A stretch of DNA of 31,430 nucleotides from Candidatus Altiarchaeota archaeon (GTDB lineage: Archaea > Altiarchaeota > Altiarchaeia > IMC4 > SCGC-AAA252-I15), in contig JAZDMS010000005.1 of assembly GCA_043800705.1 (NCBI GenBank), forward strand, positions 1 through 31,430, in the 5' to 3' direction. The notes beneath the pieces are model-generated. The model was not told the DNA's origin. It worked only from the letters and a program-made list of their open reading frames with translations, and did no database searches. The position numbers were made by a program, and so were the translations under genes. Positions within the stretch are counted from its first letter, which is position 1, and each line of letters begins with the position of its first letter. Shown here piece by piece: positions 1 to 7,770 of this stretch.

Positions 1-113
1 TGATCATTTTCAACTTTTTCGATAAACTTATCCCCAGCCTTCAAACCCAGTTTATCCCTAACACTCTTCATCAGAACAATCTGCCCCTTAGACGACAAAG
101 TAACACAGTCCAT
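1..113 (-). CDS. AbrB/MazE/SpoVT-family DNA-binding protein (putative antitoxin), runs off the window
   Basis: Manual translation from ATG at 113: MDCVTLSSKGQIVLMKSVRDKLGLKAGDKFIEKVEND, which fits the SSKGQI..R..LGL..GD AbrB signature. Not in the ORF track. Confidence 0.85.
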   Translation of the reverse strand, partial: MDCVTLSSKGQIVLMKSVRDKLGLKAGDKFIEKVEND

Positions 114-134
114 CTTACAGGATAATATAGAATT

Positions 135-153
135 TTACTTAATAAATAAGTAA
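135..153. promoter_or_regulatory. Palindromic operator overlapping a TATA-like box of the AbrB gene
   Basis: TTACTTA-ataaa-TAAGTAA inverted repeat, with TTTATTAA on the minus strand ~26-33 nt before the ATG. Further TTAC/GTAA half-sites at ~115 and ~169. Confidence 0.55.
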
Positions 154-231
154 GACGATATAGAAAAAGTAAAATAATACTCCCTTCAGACATCCTATCC
201 CCACCCTAATGCCACTATTTGCTGGTGATAA

Positions 232-1665
232 TTATTTTGATGCATTTTGCGCTGCTGGCGGAAGTATATGTTTTATCAGCCTATCAAATCCGACAGAAAA
301 GATAACGCAACTGCACATCACAAAGGAGATGTAATATCTCGGCCAATTAATTGGTAGATTGAGCCCTACTAGTATAAATATTGTTAATACCCACGCCACC
401 ACAATCGTCCACACACCAAAGCGGAAACCACGGAATAACTCGTTATGAGCATTTCTTAGCATATGTAAAAGACCCCACACAAATAGGAGGAGATATATTG
501 CAGTAGTTTGCCAAGTCATCCCGTAACCGAGGAGTATTCCATTCTTATATATTAGCTCTATCCTCTTGTCATTTGAGGCTATTGACTCGCCATAGACCGT
601 ATAAACTGTCTTCGCTACTTCTAAAGTATTTATACGATAATCCACCATCCTTAGAATGTTTCCGACGGGGTCAACCCACAATGTCGGATTTGCTACTACG
701 AAGACTAATAGTGCTGACAGGGATATGGTGAGAAAAATCCCCCCACCCCAAAGCATTATTACCCGCATATCCCTTTTTTTAGCAAATGATATAATGACAT
801 ACCCAACAAAATAGATGACTGTTAGAGCCACCATGTACACGGGGGTGTACTTCGTCCCAATAGCGAGGCCGAGGAATATCCCATTGATTCCGGCTAAAAA
901 CAGGGTCTTCCAATATTGCACTCCAGCAGTTAACTTCCACATCCTATCGGCCAGAATGATGAGCGTTATTAATGAGCCCAGAGAAAAGAAGCACCATATG
1001 GAATCCACAAGGACCTGCTGGAAAACCGGGATCGTGATGCTATTTGTTAAAAACAATAGGGGAGCTACAATGGCCCCAGCGCTGAGTTTGAGATACCTCT
1101 GGCAAAGGAGGGCCAGAAGCAGCGCGGATAATACTGAGAAGGCGAATATGACTCTTCGCCCTAGGGAATAGGTTTTATCGTCAGGCAGGATTATCCTCGA
1201 CTTCTTTAAGTCCTTCAGAATAGAGTAACAGAATTCCTTCAAGGCTTGGCCTTTAGAGAGCGATATATTTCCATTCTTTATTGCCGTGTCAAGCCTGTCG
1301 ATTATTCGTTTATTATAATCCTCATAGGTGAAAGCCATCAATGAATCGGTTGAATTTACTACAGTTCCGTTACCGTAATCCAATGCAAAGCCTAGAATAT
1401 AGTTTGATACATGCGGTTGATCAAGCCCAAATGGGCCAAACCAATCCTTGTTTCCGAAATCTTTATCTTGAAAGTATAGGTGATAAAAATATGTATATTC
1501 GAGCCAGGTAAATTCGTCTTTATTGCGTATCACAGAATCGAGTGTGTAATTGAGTATCCAAACTCTTGTAAGCAGGAGTATCACCAGGGAAAAAATCAGA
1601 AGATTGAGGAACGAGAATGAGTTTAGATGAGAGAACAGAAGAGGTCTGGGCTTTTTCTTGTCCAT
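232..1665 (-). CDS. GT-C fold polytopic glycosyltransferase (PMT/ArnT-like, GT39/GT83)
   Basis: Many TM segments, DE motif after TM1 (NKDEFTW), DQPH loop and GLAIGTKY motif. ATG at 1665 (MDKKK) preferred over GTG at 1731. Confidence 0.75.
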   Translation of the reverse strand: MDKKKPRPLLFSHLNSFSFLNLLIFSLVILLLTRVWILNYTLDSVIRNKDEFTWLEYTYFYHLYFQDKDFGNKDWFGPFGLDQPHVSNYILGFALDYGNGTVVNSTDSLMAFTYEDYNKRIIDRLDTAIKNGNISLSKGQALKEFCYSILKDLKKSRIILPDDKTYSLGRRVIFAFSVLSALLLALLCQRYLKLSAGAIVAPLLFLTNSITIPVFQQVLVDSIWCFFSLGSLITLIILADRMWKLTAGVQYWKTLFLAGINGIFLGLAIGTKYTPVYMVALTVIYFVGYVIISFAKKRDMRVIMLWGGGIFLTISLSALLVFVVANPTLWVDPVGNILRMVDYRINTLEVAKTVYTVYGESIASNDKRIELIYKNGILLGYGMTWQTTAIYLLLFVWGLLHMLRNAHNELFRGFRFGVWTIVVAWVLTIFILVGLNLPINWPRYYISFVMCSCVIFSVGFDRLIKHILPPAAQNASK

Positions 1666-1771
1666 TTTGATAGATAATTTAATCTTTAGGAAGTATATAA
1701 CGGGGTATATTGTTTGATGGAGTGAGGTCACTAGGATTTAATCGTTCCCCTTTCCAAAAGTCAGATATATT

Positions 1772-1945
1772 TGCTCCCTTCGGGATTTGAACCCGAGTCG
1801 CCGGATTTCTTCAGCCTTTTCGCCTTTGTAAGGATCAAGAAAGTCTTTTGTTTCTTTCTTTTTCCCGAGGCTTTTTCTTTCTTTTTCAAAGAAAGAAAAA
1901 GGCTCCGAAAGTCCGGTATGATAGGCCGGTCTACACTAAGGGAGC
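1772..1945 (-). tRNA. tRNA-Glu(TTC) with 99-nt intron at canonical position 37/38
   Basis: 5' exon 1945-1906 GCTCCCTTAGTGTAGACCGGCCTATCATACCGGACTTTCG; 3' exon 1806-1772 ATCCGGCGACTCGGGTTCAAATCCCGAAGGGAGCA. Acceptor, D, anticodon and T arms all pair. CCA is not encoded. Confidence 0.95.
1807..1905 (-). other. tRNA intron with canonical bulge-helix-bulge
   Basis: CCGGA/TCCGG stem, CTTT/GAAG central helix, 3-nt bulges CG^G and AA^A, outer AGCC/GGCT helix. Confidence 0.9.
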
Positions 1946-2026
1946 GTATTTTGAGGTCTACAGTCCTCAGTCTTCTGTCTTTGACTATCCCCTCATTTTG
2001 AGGTTCATTTTGTGAGCGTGATATTT

Positions 2027-2110
2027 GTCCGGTATGATAGGCCGGTGTCGGGCTTGAAGAGCCTGATATGCGCGACGCCGCAGCGTCGCATGCATCTACA
2101 CTAAGGGAGC
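2027..2110 (-). pseudogene. tRNA-Glu 5' half (nt 1-32) with 49-nt D-loop insertion, copy 1
   Basis: Identical to 1945-1911 apart from the insert at 2046-2094. Ends at C32, with no anticodon and no 3' half. Confidence 0.85.
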
Positions 2111-2176
2111 GTATGATATGCTCGTGTTTTTTCTCCTCTTTTCCCCTCCAAGTTGGAGGTTCATTCTCCCGCGCAC

Positions 2177-2261
2177 AGTCCGGTATGATAGGCCGGTGTC
2201 GGGCTCGAAGAGCCTGACATGCGCGACGCCGCAGCGTCGCAGGCATCTACACTAAGGGAGC
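2177..2261 (-). pseudogene. tRNA-Glu 5' half (nt 1-33) with 49-nt D-loop insertion, copy 2
   Basis: 151-nt offset from copy 1. The insert at 2197-2245 differs from copy 1 at 3 positions. Confidence 0.85.
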
Positions 2262-2538
2262 GTTTTATGTGTTCGTTTCGTCTATATCCCCTCTGTTTTA
2301 GAGGTTCATTAGTGGGGTCTTCTGTCCCCGGTCTTCGGTTTTGGACTATCCCCCCCTTTTGGAGGTTCATTTTGTGAGTGTGAATCTTGTAGGGTAGGCC
2401 GGTGCCGGCCACTCCTTATCTTTAGAGGCTCATCTTGGAGTCTTCGGTCTCCTGTCTTCGGCCGTTTTATGCCCTCGGGGGGCTCCAAGACCGTTGACGG
2501 TAGACTGAGGTTCGTGGTTTGTTTTATAGGGGGGTATA

Positions 2539-2547
2539 AGTATAAAA
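2539..2547 (-). promoter_or_regulatory. TATA-like box, probable promoter of the array + tRNA-Glu transcript
   Basis: TTTTATAC on the minus strand ~25-30 nt before the first array module. No TATA-like box directly upstream of the tRNA itself (1946-1985). Confidence 0.5.
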
Positions 2548-2603
2548 GAATGGTTTGGCGGGGATTAGGAGGATAGGTGGTTGCCTAATTCCCCGTCTTT
2601 TTT

Positions 2604-2912
2604 TTATTTGGTTAGTTCTATCTCGATGTGCACGCCGTCGGGGACCTGTATGCGCATTATCTGCCTCAGGCTCCTTTCGTTTGCCTGTATGTCGATTACG
2701 CGCTTGTGGATGTGCATGTTCCAGCGCTCCCATGTCTCCGTTCCGTCGCCGGATGTCGCCTTCCTTGTCGTAATCTTCATCTTCTTCGTCGGCATCGGTA
2801 TAGGACCGGAGTATTTGGTGCCGGTCTTCTGGGTGACGTCTATGATTTGGCTGCAGACGTCCTCCAGCTGCCCCACTTCCCGTCCTATCAATATTATTCG
2901 TGCTTTCTCCAT
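2604..2912 (-). CDS. rps10: 30S ribosomal protein uS10
   Basis: GPIPMPTK, GDGTETWERWNMHIHKRVIDI; follows EF1A. Confidence 0.97.
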   Translation of the reverse strand: MEKARIILIGREVGQLEDVCSQIIDVTQKTGTKYSGPIPMPTKKMKITTRKATSGDGTETWERWNMHIHKRVIDIQANERSLRQIMRIQVPDGVHIEIELTK

Positions 2913-2953
2913 CTTAGATTCCCTAAAAAGGTAAAAGTAAGGGATGTGTTAGA

Positions 2954-4224
2954 TCACATCGCCTTCTTCTTGACCTCGATGACCATCCCCGCCGCAACGG
3001 TTTGGCCCATGTCGCGGATCGCGAAACGGCCGAGTTGCGGGAATTCCTTTGCGGGCTCGACGACTGTCGGCCTCGTCGGTTTGATTTTGACGACGGCGAC
3101 GTCTCCTGCCTTCAGGAATTCGGGTTTTTCCTCCTTTACTGCGCCCGTCTTGGGGTCGATCGTCTTGACCAGTTCGATGAATGTCATCGCGATCTGGGCC
3201 GTGTGTATGTGGAAGACCGGCGTGTATCCGACGGTTATGGCGCTCGGGTGCTGTAGAACGACTATCTGCGCCGTGAACTCTTCGGCGACTGTCGGCGGAT
3301 TGGTCACGTGGCCGACTACGTCTCCTCTTTTCACGTCGTTTTTGTTGATTCCGCGGACGTTGAATCCGATGTTGTCTCCGGGTTCGGCCTGCGGGAGCTG
3401 TTCGTGGTGCATCTCGACAGTCTTCACTTCACCCGTCACGTTGGATGGCATGAAGATGATCTTGTCGTTCGGCTTAATGACGCCTGTCTCTACGCGGCCT
3501 ACGGGGACGGTCCCTACGCCGGTGATTGTGTAGACGTCCTGTACCGGCAGCCTTAGGGGTTTGTCCGTGGGCTTGGCGGGCGCTTTCAGCTTGTCGAGTT
3601 CCGCAAGGAGCGGGTCGCCTTTATAGTATGGCGTGTTCGCGCTCTTGGTTTTGAGGTTGTCTCCCTGGAAGGCGGACGTCGGTATGAACGGTATCGTGTC
3701 TACCTTGTATCCGATGCTCTTCAGGAGTGCCTTGACGTCTTCTACGCATTTGTTGTATCTTGCTTCCTCGTAGTTGACGGTGTCCATCTTGTTTATGGCG
3801 ATTATGAGCTGGTTCAGTCCCAGGGTCTTTGACAGGAACGCGTGTTCCTTGGTCTGGGGCTGTACGCCGCTTTGGACGTCGACTACGAGCACTGCCGCGT
3901 CGGCTTGCGAGGCTCAGTGATCATGTTTTTCACGAAGTCCCTGTGGCCTGGGGCGTCGATGATGGTGAAGTAGGTCTTCTGGGACTGGAACTTCCTGTGT
4001 GCGATGTCGATTGTGACCCCGCGTTCCCTCTCTTCTTTGAGGGAGTCCATTACCCAGGCGTACTCGAACGTCGCCTTTCCGGATTTTCCCGCCTCCTCGC
4101 GGAGGTTTTTCATCTGCTGCTCGGAAACCTCACCCACTTCGTACATCAGTCTGCCGACGAGGGTGGATTTCCCGTGGTCTACGTGCCCTATGAACACTAG
4201 GTTCAGGTGCGGTTTGTCAGCCAT
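2954..4224 (-). CDS. tuf: Translation elongation factor EF-1 alpha, with a 1-nt frameshift at ~3915
   Basis: N-part GHVDHGKST...[14 protein letters not shown]; C-part VLVVD...NKMD...[15 protein letters not shown]. Adding one G (ACT GA GCC to ACT GGA GCC) restores [11 protein letters not shown]. Confidence 0.95.
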
Positions 4225-4234
4225 TGTTGCCTAT

Positions 4235-4288
4235 CCTCCTATGTTTAATCGATTTTAGCCTTATCTATGACGCGTTGATGTTATAAAA
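4235..4288 (-). promoter_or_regulatory. Internal promoter (TTTTATAA, 4281-4288) and SD (GGAGG, 4235-4239) for EF1A
   Basis: Both motifs lie in the EF2-EF1A spacer with plausible spacing. Confidence 0.55.
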
Positions 4289-4290
4289 GC

Positions 4291-6480
4291 CTATGCCATG
4301 AAGTCTTCCGCCTTGGGCAGCTCCCTCTTGAGGCCTTTGCGGTCCCTTACCTGGTAGACTATCTTGTTCTGCAGCTCGGTCGGCAGCTTTGCGAAACCCG
4401 CGTTTTCGGTGCTCCAGAGGGCGTGCCCTTCGCTTGCGCTCCTTATGTCGCCTGCGAATCCGAAGGATTCGCCGACCGGGATCTTGGCCTCGATGGTCAT
4501 GAGCTCGTCCTTCTGGGTCATGTTGAGGACTATGCCCCTCCTTCTTTGAAGCTCCCTTGTGACCGAGCCCATGTATTCCTGCGGGACGTCGACCCATATG
4601 TTCTGTATGGGTTCGAGCATTCCGGGCCTGCTTTTGATCATGCATGCGTATATGGGGTTCTTGATTGCCGGATATATCTGGGCTGGTCCCCTGTGTATGG
4701 CGTCCTCGTGCATGCTTGCATCGTCTAGGATCACCTTTACCTTCATCATCGGTTCCTTGGCGAGAGGGCCTGCGTCCATGCACTGCTCGAAGCTGTCGAG
4801 CATCAGCTCCATTATCTCGTCAATGTGCTGGACACCCTTGGTCATGTCGAGCATGATGTTGCCGTGGTAGACGTCTATTACCCTCTTTGACTCCTCCTTG
4901 TCTAGGCCGAGTGCGTGCAGGTCCTGCCAGATGTCCTTGCTCTTGTCCTTCCTGCGGCCTTCTGGGATTTCGCCGGAGTGTACGGCTTTGAAGACTTCTT
5001 CTTCGAGTTGTTCGACCTTTATCTGGAATTTGTTGTGTTTGTTGGGGGATTTTCCTTCGAGTGGGCCGAATTGGCCGTCGATGGTTTCCCTGTACACTAC
5101 GATTGGAGGCGATACGGTTATCTCCAGTCCGCCTGCCTTGATCCTGTTGGTGATGACCTCGAGGTGCAGTTCGCCCATTCCGGACAGGAGGTGTTCGCCG
5201 GTCTCCTCGTTGAGCGCTGCCTTGAGTGTGGGGTCTTCCTTTGCGGTCTGCCTCAGCACTTCGATGACCCTTGGGAGGTCTTTCATGTGTTTGGCTTCGA
5301 TTGCGACTGTGACGACGGGTTCGCTGTGGTGTTGGATCGGTTCGAATGGGGCGATGTCCTGTTCTGAGACTGTTTCGCCTGTGTAGGCATGCTTCAGGCC
5401 GCTAAGGGCTACTATGTTGCCTGCCGGGATGGCTTCCACGTTCTGCCTGGATGCGCCCATGTATAGTCCGACGTGGGTTACGCGTTCGCTCATCTTTGAG
5501 TTGACGAGGTAGAGTTCCTGGCCTTGGTGTACCGTGCCGGAGAATATCCTGCCTGTGGCGACTTCGCCTTCACGCTTGTCGAATGTCTGGATGTTCGTTA
5601 TCATGATCGCGACCTTCCCTTTGGCGTCGCATGTCATCATGCTCTTGGCTATTTCGCTTTCCATGTCGCCTTTCCAGATCTGGGGTATCCTCAGCTTCTG
5701 GGCTACGATTGGGCTTGGCAGATGTTTTATCGCCATGTCGAGGATGATGGTGTGGACAGGCGCCTTCTGTGAGAGCTCCTTCTGGTTGCCGTCGTTGCAG
5801 TATTTTATGATGTCCGCGAATGTTATCCCGGATTTCTTCATGAATGGGACGTTTATCGCCCACTTGTGGAATCCTGAGCCGAACGCGACCGAGCCTGCGT
5901 TTACGTCGACGCGCCAGTCGATGCCTTCCGGCTGCTTCATCTGGATGATCTTGTTTATCTCGGCTATGATCTTCAGGAGCCTCTTCTGCAGCTCCTCGGG
6001 CGTGAGCTTCAATTCGTTGATGAGCCGGTCTACCTTGTTGACGAGGACTACCGGCCTGCACCTTTCTTTCAGGGCCTGGCTCAGGACGGTCTTCGTCTGG
6101 GGCATGACTCCCTCGACCGCGCAGCATACGACTACGACGCCGTCGACCGCCCGCATCGCTCGTGTCACGTCTCCGCCGAAGTCGACGTGCCCTGGCGTGT
6201 CGATCATGTTGATCAGGTACTGTTTGCCGTCGTATGCGTGGGTCATGGAGACGTTCGCGGCGTTTATGGTGATCCCCCTCTGCTGCTCGTCCTCGTGGAA
6301 GTCCATAGCAAGCTGCTTGCCTGCGGTCTCCATGGAGATCAGGCCTGCGTTTGCCAGGAGGCTGTCTGAAAGGGTTGTCTTTCCGTGGTCTATGTGGGCC
6401 ACGATGCCCATGTTCCTGACCCGCTCCAGGTCGCTTACGACCTGTAGGACCTTTTCCGCTACTTGTTCTTGCCTGCCCAT
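4291..6480 (-). CDS. fusA: Translation elongation factor EF-2
   Basis: AHIDHGKTT, RGITI, DTPGHVDF, NKVD; canonical diphthamide loop HEDAIHRGPAQ. Confidence 0.98.
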   Translation of the reverse strand: MGRQEQVAEKVLQVVSDLERVRNMGIVAHIDHGKTTLSDSLLANAGLISMETAGKQLAMDFHEDEQQRGITINAANVSMTHAYDGKQYLINMIDTPGHVDFGGDVTRAMRAVDGVVVVCCAVEGVMPQTKTVLSQALKERCRPVVLVNKVDRLINELKLTPEELQKRLLKIIAEINKIIQMKQPEGIDWRVDVNAGSVAFGSGFHKWAINVPFMKKSGITFADIIKYCNDGNQKELSQKAPVHTIILDMAIKHLPSPIVAQKLRIPQIWKGDMESEIAKSMMTCDAKGKVAIMITNIQTFDKREGEVATGRIFSGTVHQGQELYLVNSKMSERVTHVGLYMGASRQNVEAIPAGNIVALSGLKHAYTGETVSEQDIAPFEPIQHHSEPVVTVAIEAKHMKDLPRVIEVLRQTAKEDPTLKAALNEETGEHLLSGMGELHLEVITNRIKAGGLEITVSPPIVVYRETIDGQFGPLEGKSPNKHNKFQIKVEQLEEEVFKAVHSGEIPEGRRKDKSKDIWQDLHALGLDKEESKRVIDVYHGNIMLDMTKGVQHIDEIMELMLDSFEQCMDAGPLAKEPMMKVKVILDDASMHEDAIHRGPAQIYPAIKNPIYACMIKSRPGMLEPIQNIWVDVPQEYMGSVTRELQRRRGIVLNMTQKDELMTIEAKIPVGESFGFAGDIRSASEGHALWSTENAGFAKLPTELQNKIVYQVRDRKGLKRELPKAEDFMA

Positions 6481-6490
6481 TTTCCCCTCA

Positions 6491-7099
6491 TCATCTGGCT
6501 GATTGCGCGATCCGCTCCGTCTCCTCCTTCCTCTGGATCGCGTAGGATTTCGACTCAGAATTAGACGCCCACACTATCTCGTCGGCCAGGCACTCCTCGA
6601 TGGACTTCCTGTTGTTAAAGGCTGTCGCGAAGGCTCCAAGCGACAGGTATTTGAGGGCGAAATCTACCCGCCTCTGGGTCGAGACGTCGACCGCCTGGTG
6701 GTATCGTATTCCGCCGTATATGATCGTTGTCGTTTCTTCGCGGGGTCCTGCGTTCTGTATGGCGTCCACGTAGACCTGTATGGGGTTCTTCTTGGTCTTC
6801 TTCTCGACCATTTCGAACGCCTTTTCGATGATGTTGAGGGCGTTCATCTTCTTCCCCGTGTTTCCGCCGCCCCGGATGTATCGGCCCGCGACCTTCCGGG
6901 TCCCCTGCCCGGAGCGCATCATCTTATTGACGAGGCGTTCGACGATGTTCATCTTGCTCTTGGCGAACTGTTTTCCGATGAACCTGCCGGAAGTGTGGGG
7001 TATGTGGACTGGCATCAGGCTGATGTATCGGGCCATGCCTTCGTCTTTTAGCGTCACGTTATTATAGTCCCATCGTCCGAAAAGTTTTATCTCTGCCAT
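6491..7099 (-). CDS. rps7: 30S ribosomal protein uS7
   Basis: IKLFGRW, PHTSGR, IVERLVN, AVDVSTQRRVD, KEETERIAQSAR. Confidence 0.97.
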   Translation of the reverse strand: MAEIKLFGRWDYNNVTLKDEGMARYISLMPVHIPHTSGRFIGKQFAKSKMNIVERLVNKMMRSGQGTRKVAGRYIRGGGNTGKKMNALNIIEKAFEMVEKKTKKNPIQVYVDAIQNAGPREETTTIIYGGIRYHQAVDVSTQRRVDFALKYLSLGAFATAFNNRKSIEECLADEIVWASNSESKSYAIQRKEETERIAQSAR

Positions 7100-7100
7100 T

Positions 7101-7268
7101 TTAGCTCAGCTTCCTGAATCCTATGCTATGCGCCACTTCCCTGAAGCACCGCCTGCATATGTGCAGGCCGTACTTGTGTATCATGCCCCTGTTGGTCTTG
7201 CAGACCGTGCAGTGGAGGAATTTGTCGTCAATCTTCTTGTTTTTCCCGGAGCTAGTCTTCTTCTTCAA
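7101..7268 (-). CDS. rps14: 30S ribosomal protein uS14 (Zn-binding), not in the ORF track
   Basis: TTG start, 55 aa [55 protein letters not shown] with CxxC...CRRC; directly after uL5. Confidence 0.93.
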   Translation of the reverse strand: MKKKTSSGKNKKIDDKFLHCTVCKTNRGMIHKYGLHICRRCFREVAHSIGFRKLS

Positions 7269-7770
7269 TTTTAACACCGAATTTGTTTTTCATGAACTCT
7301 ATTGCCTGGTCGCGGGTGACTCTCGCGTATTCCGGGAGCTTTACCTTGTTCCTCGAGCGCTTCTGTATCCTGTACCCCAACCGTTCTAGGTTGATGTTGA
7401 CGTTCATCCCGAATATGCCGATCTCGGGGTCGTATTTCAAGCCCTGTATGTCGAGGTATTCCTGGATGCCGAAATAGACGTTTCCGGTCTTGTCGAAGTT
7501 GCCGGGCTGGAGGATGTTGTCCTTGGCGTGAAGCGTGCGCTTGATCATTTCTTCCGCGTCCTTGCCGCGGAGCGTCACTTTGGCCCCGATGGGTTCTCCC
7601 TTCTTCAGGTTCCAGGTCGGTATCTTGTGTTTTGAAATGGTCCTAACGGGCTTCTTGCTTGTGAGTTTGGCGAGGAGCTTCTCGGCCTTCCCGAGGCGTT
7701 CTCCGGATTCTCCGACGCCGATGTTGATCGTGACTTTTTCGATCCTTGGGTTCTCCATCACGTTTGCCAT
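7252..7770 (-). CDS. rpl5: 50S ribosomal protein uL5
   Basis: [41 protein letters not shown]. Confidence 0.97.
   Translation of the reverse strand: MANVMENPRIEKVTINIGVGESGERLGKAEKLLAKLTSKKPVRTISKHKIPTWNLKKGEPIGAKVTLRGKDAEEMIKRTLHAKDNILQPGNFDKTGNVYFGIQEYLDIQGLKYDPEIGIFGMNVNINLERLGYRIQKRSRNKVKLPEYARVTRDQAIEFMKNKFGVKIEEED

Larger units (their letters stand above)
1951..2514 (-). repeat. Modular hairpin/tRNA-half repeat array, candidate structured ncRNA or pre-tRNA leader
   Basis: Motif A (AATGAA-CCTCN-loop-NGRGG-GGA) at 1988-2009, 2142-2165, 2287-2310 and 2349-2371, with degenerate copies at ~2413-2433 and ~2470-2514. Motif B at 1953-1978, 2314-2339 and 2437-2462. Two tRNA-Glu 5' halves lie between them. 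Confidence 0.85.

Noticed and set aside
2171-2178. CT-GTG after tRNA half copy 2 read as a His anticodon
   Set aside because: Position 37 would be C, there is no 3' anticodon stem or T arm, and the body has Glu identity.
1761-2412. ORFs 1761-2246 and 2161-2412 with repeated peptide RSLSVDACDAAASR
   Set aside because: They are translations of the tRNA and its repeated halves, with no protein-like features.
1951-2514. CRISPR array interpretation of the repeats
   Set aside because: Repeat spacing is irregular (about 60-160 nt), the repeats vary internally, the 'spacers' are themselves repeated, and there are no cas genes in the window.
3883-4224. EF-1 alpha as a genuine two-gene split or programmed frameshift
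   Set aside because: A single G insertion restores the universal motif, the break is mid-GTPase domain, and no slippery site is evident.
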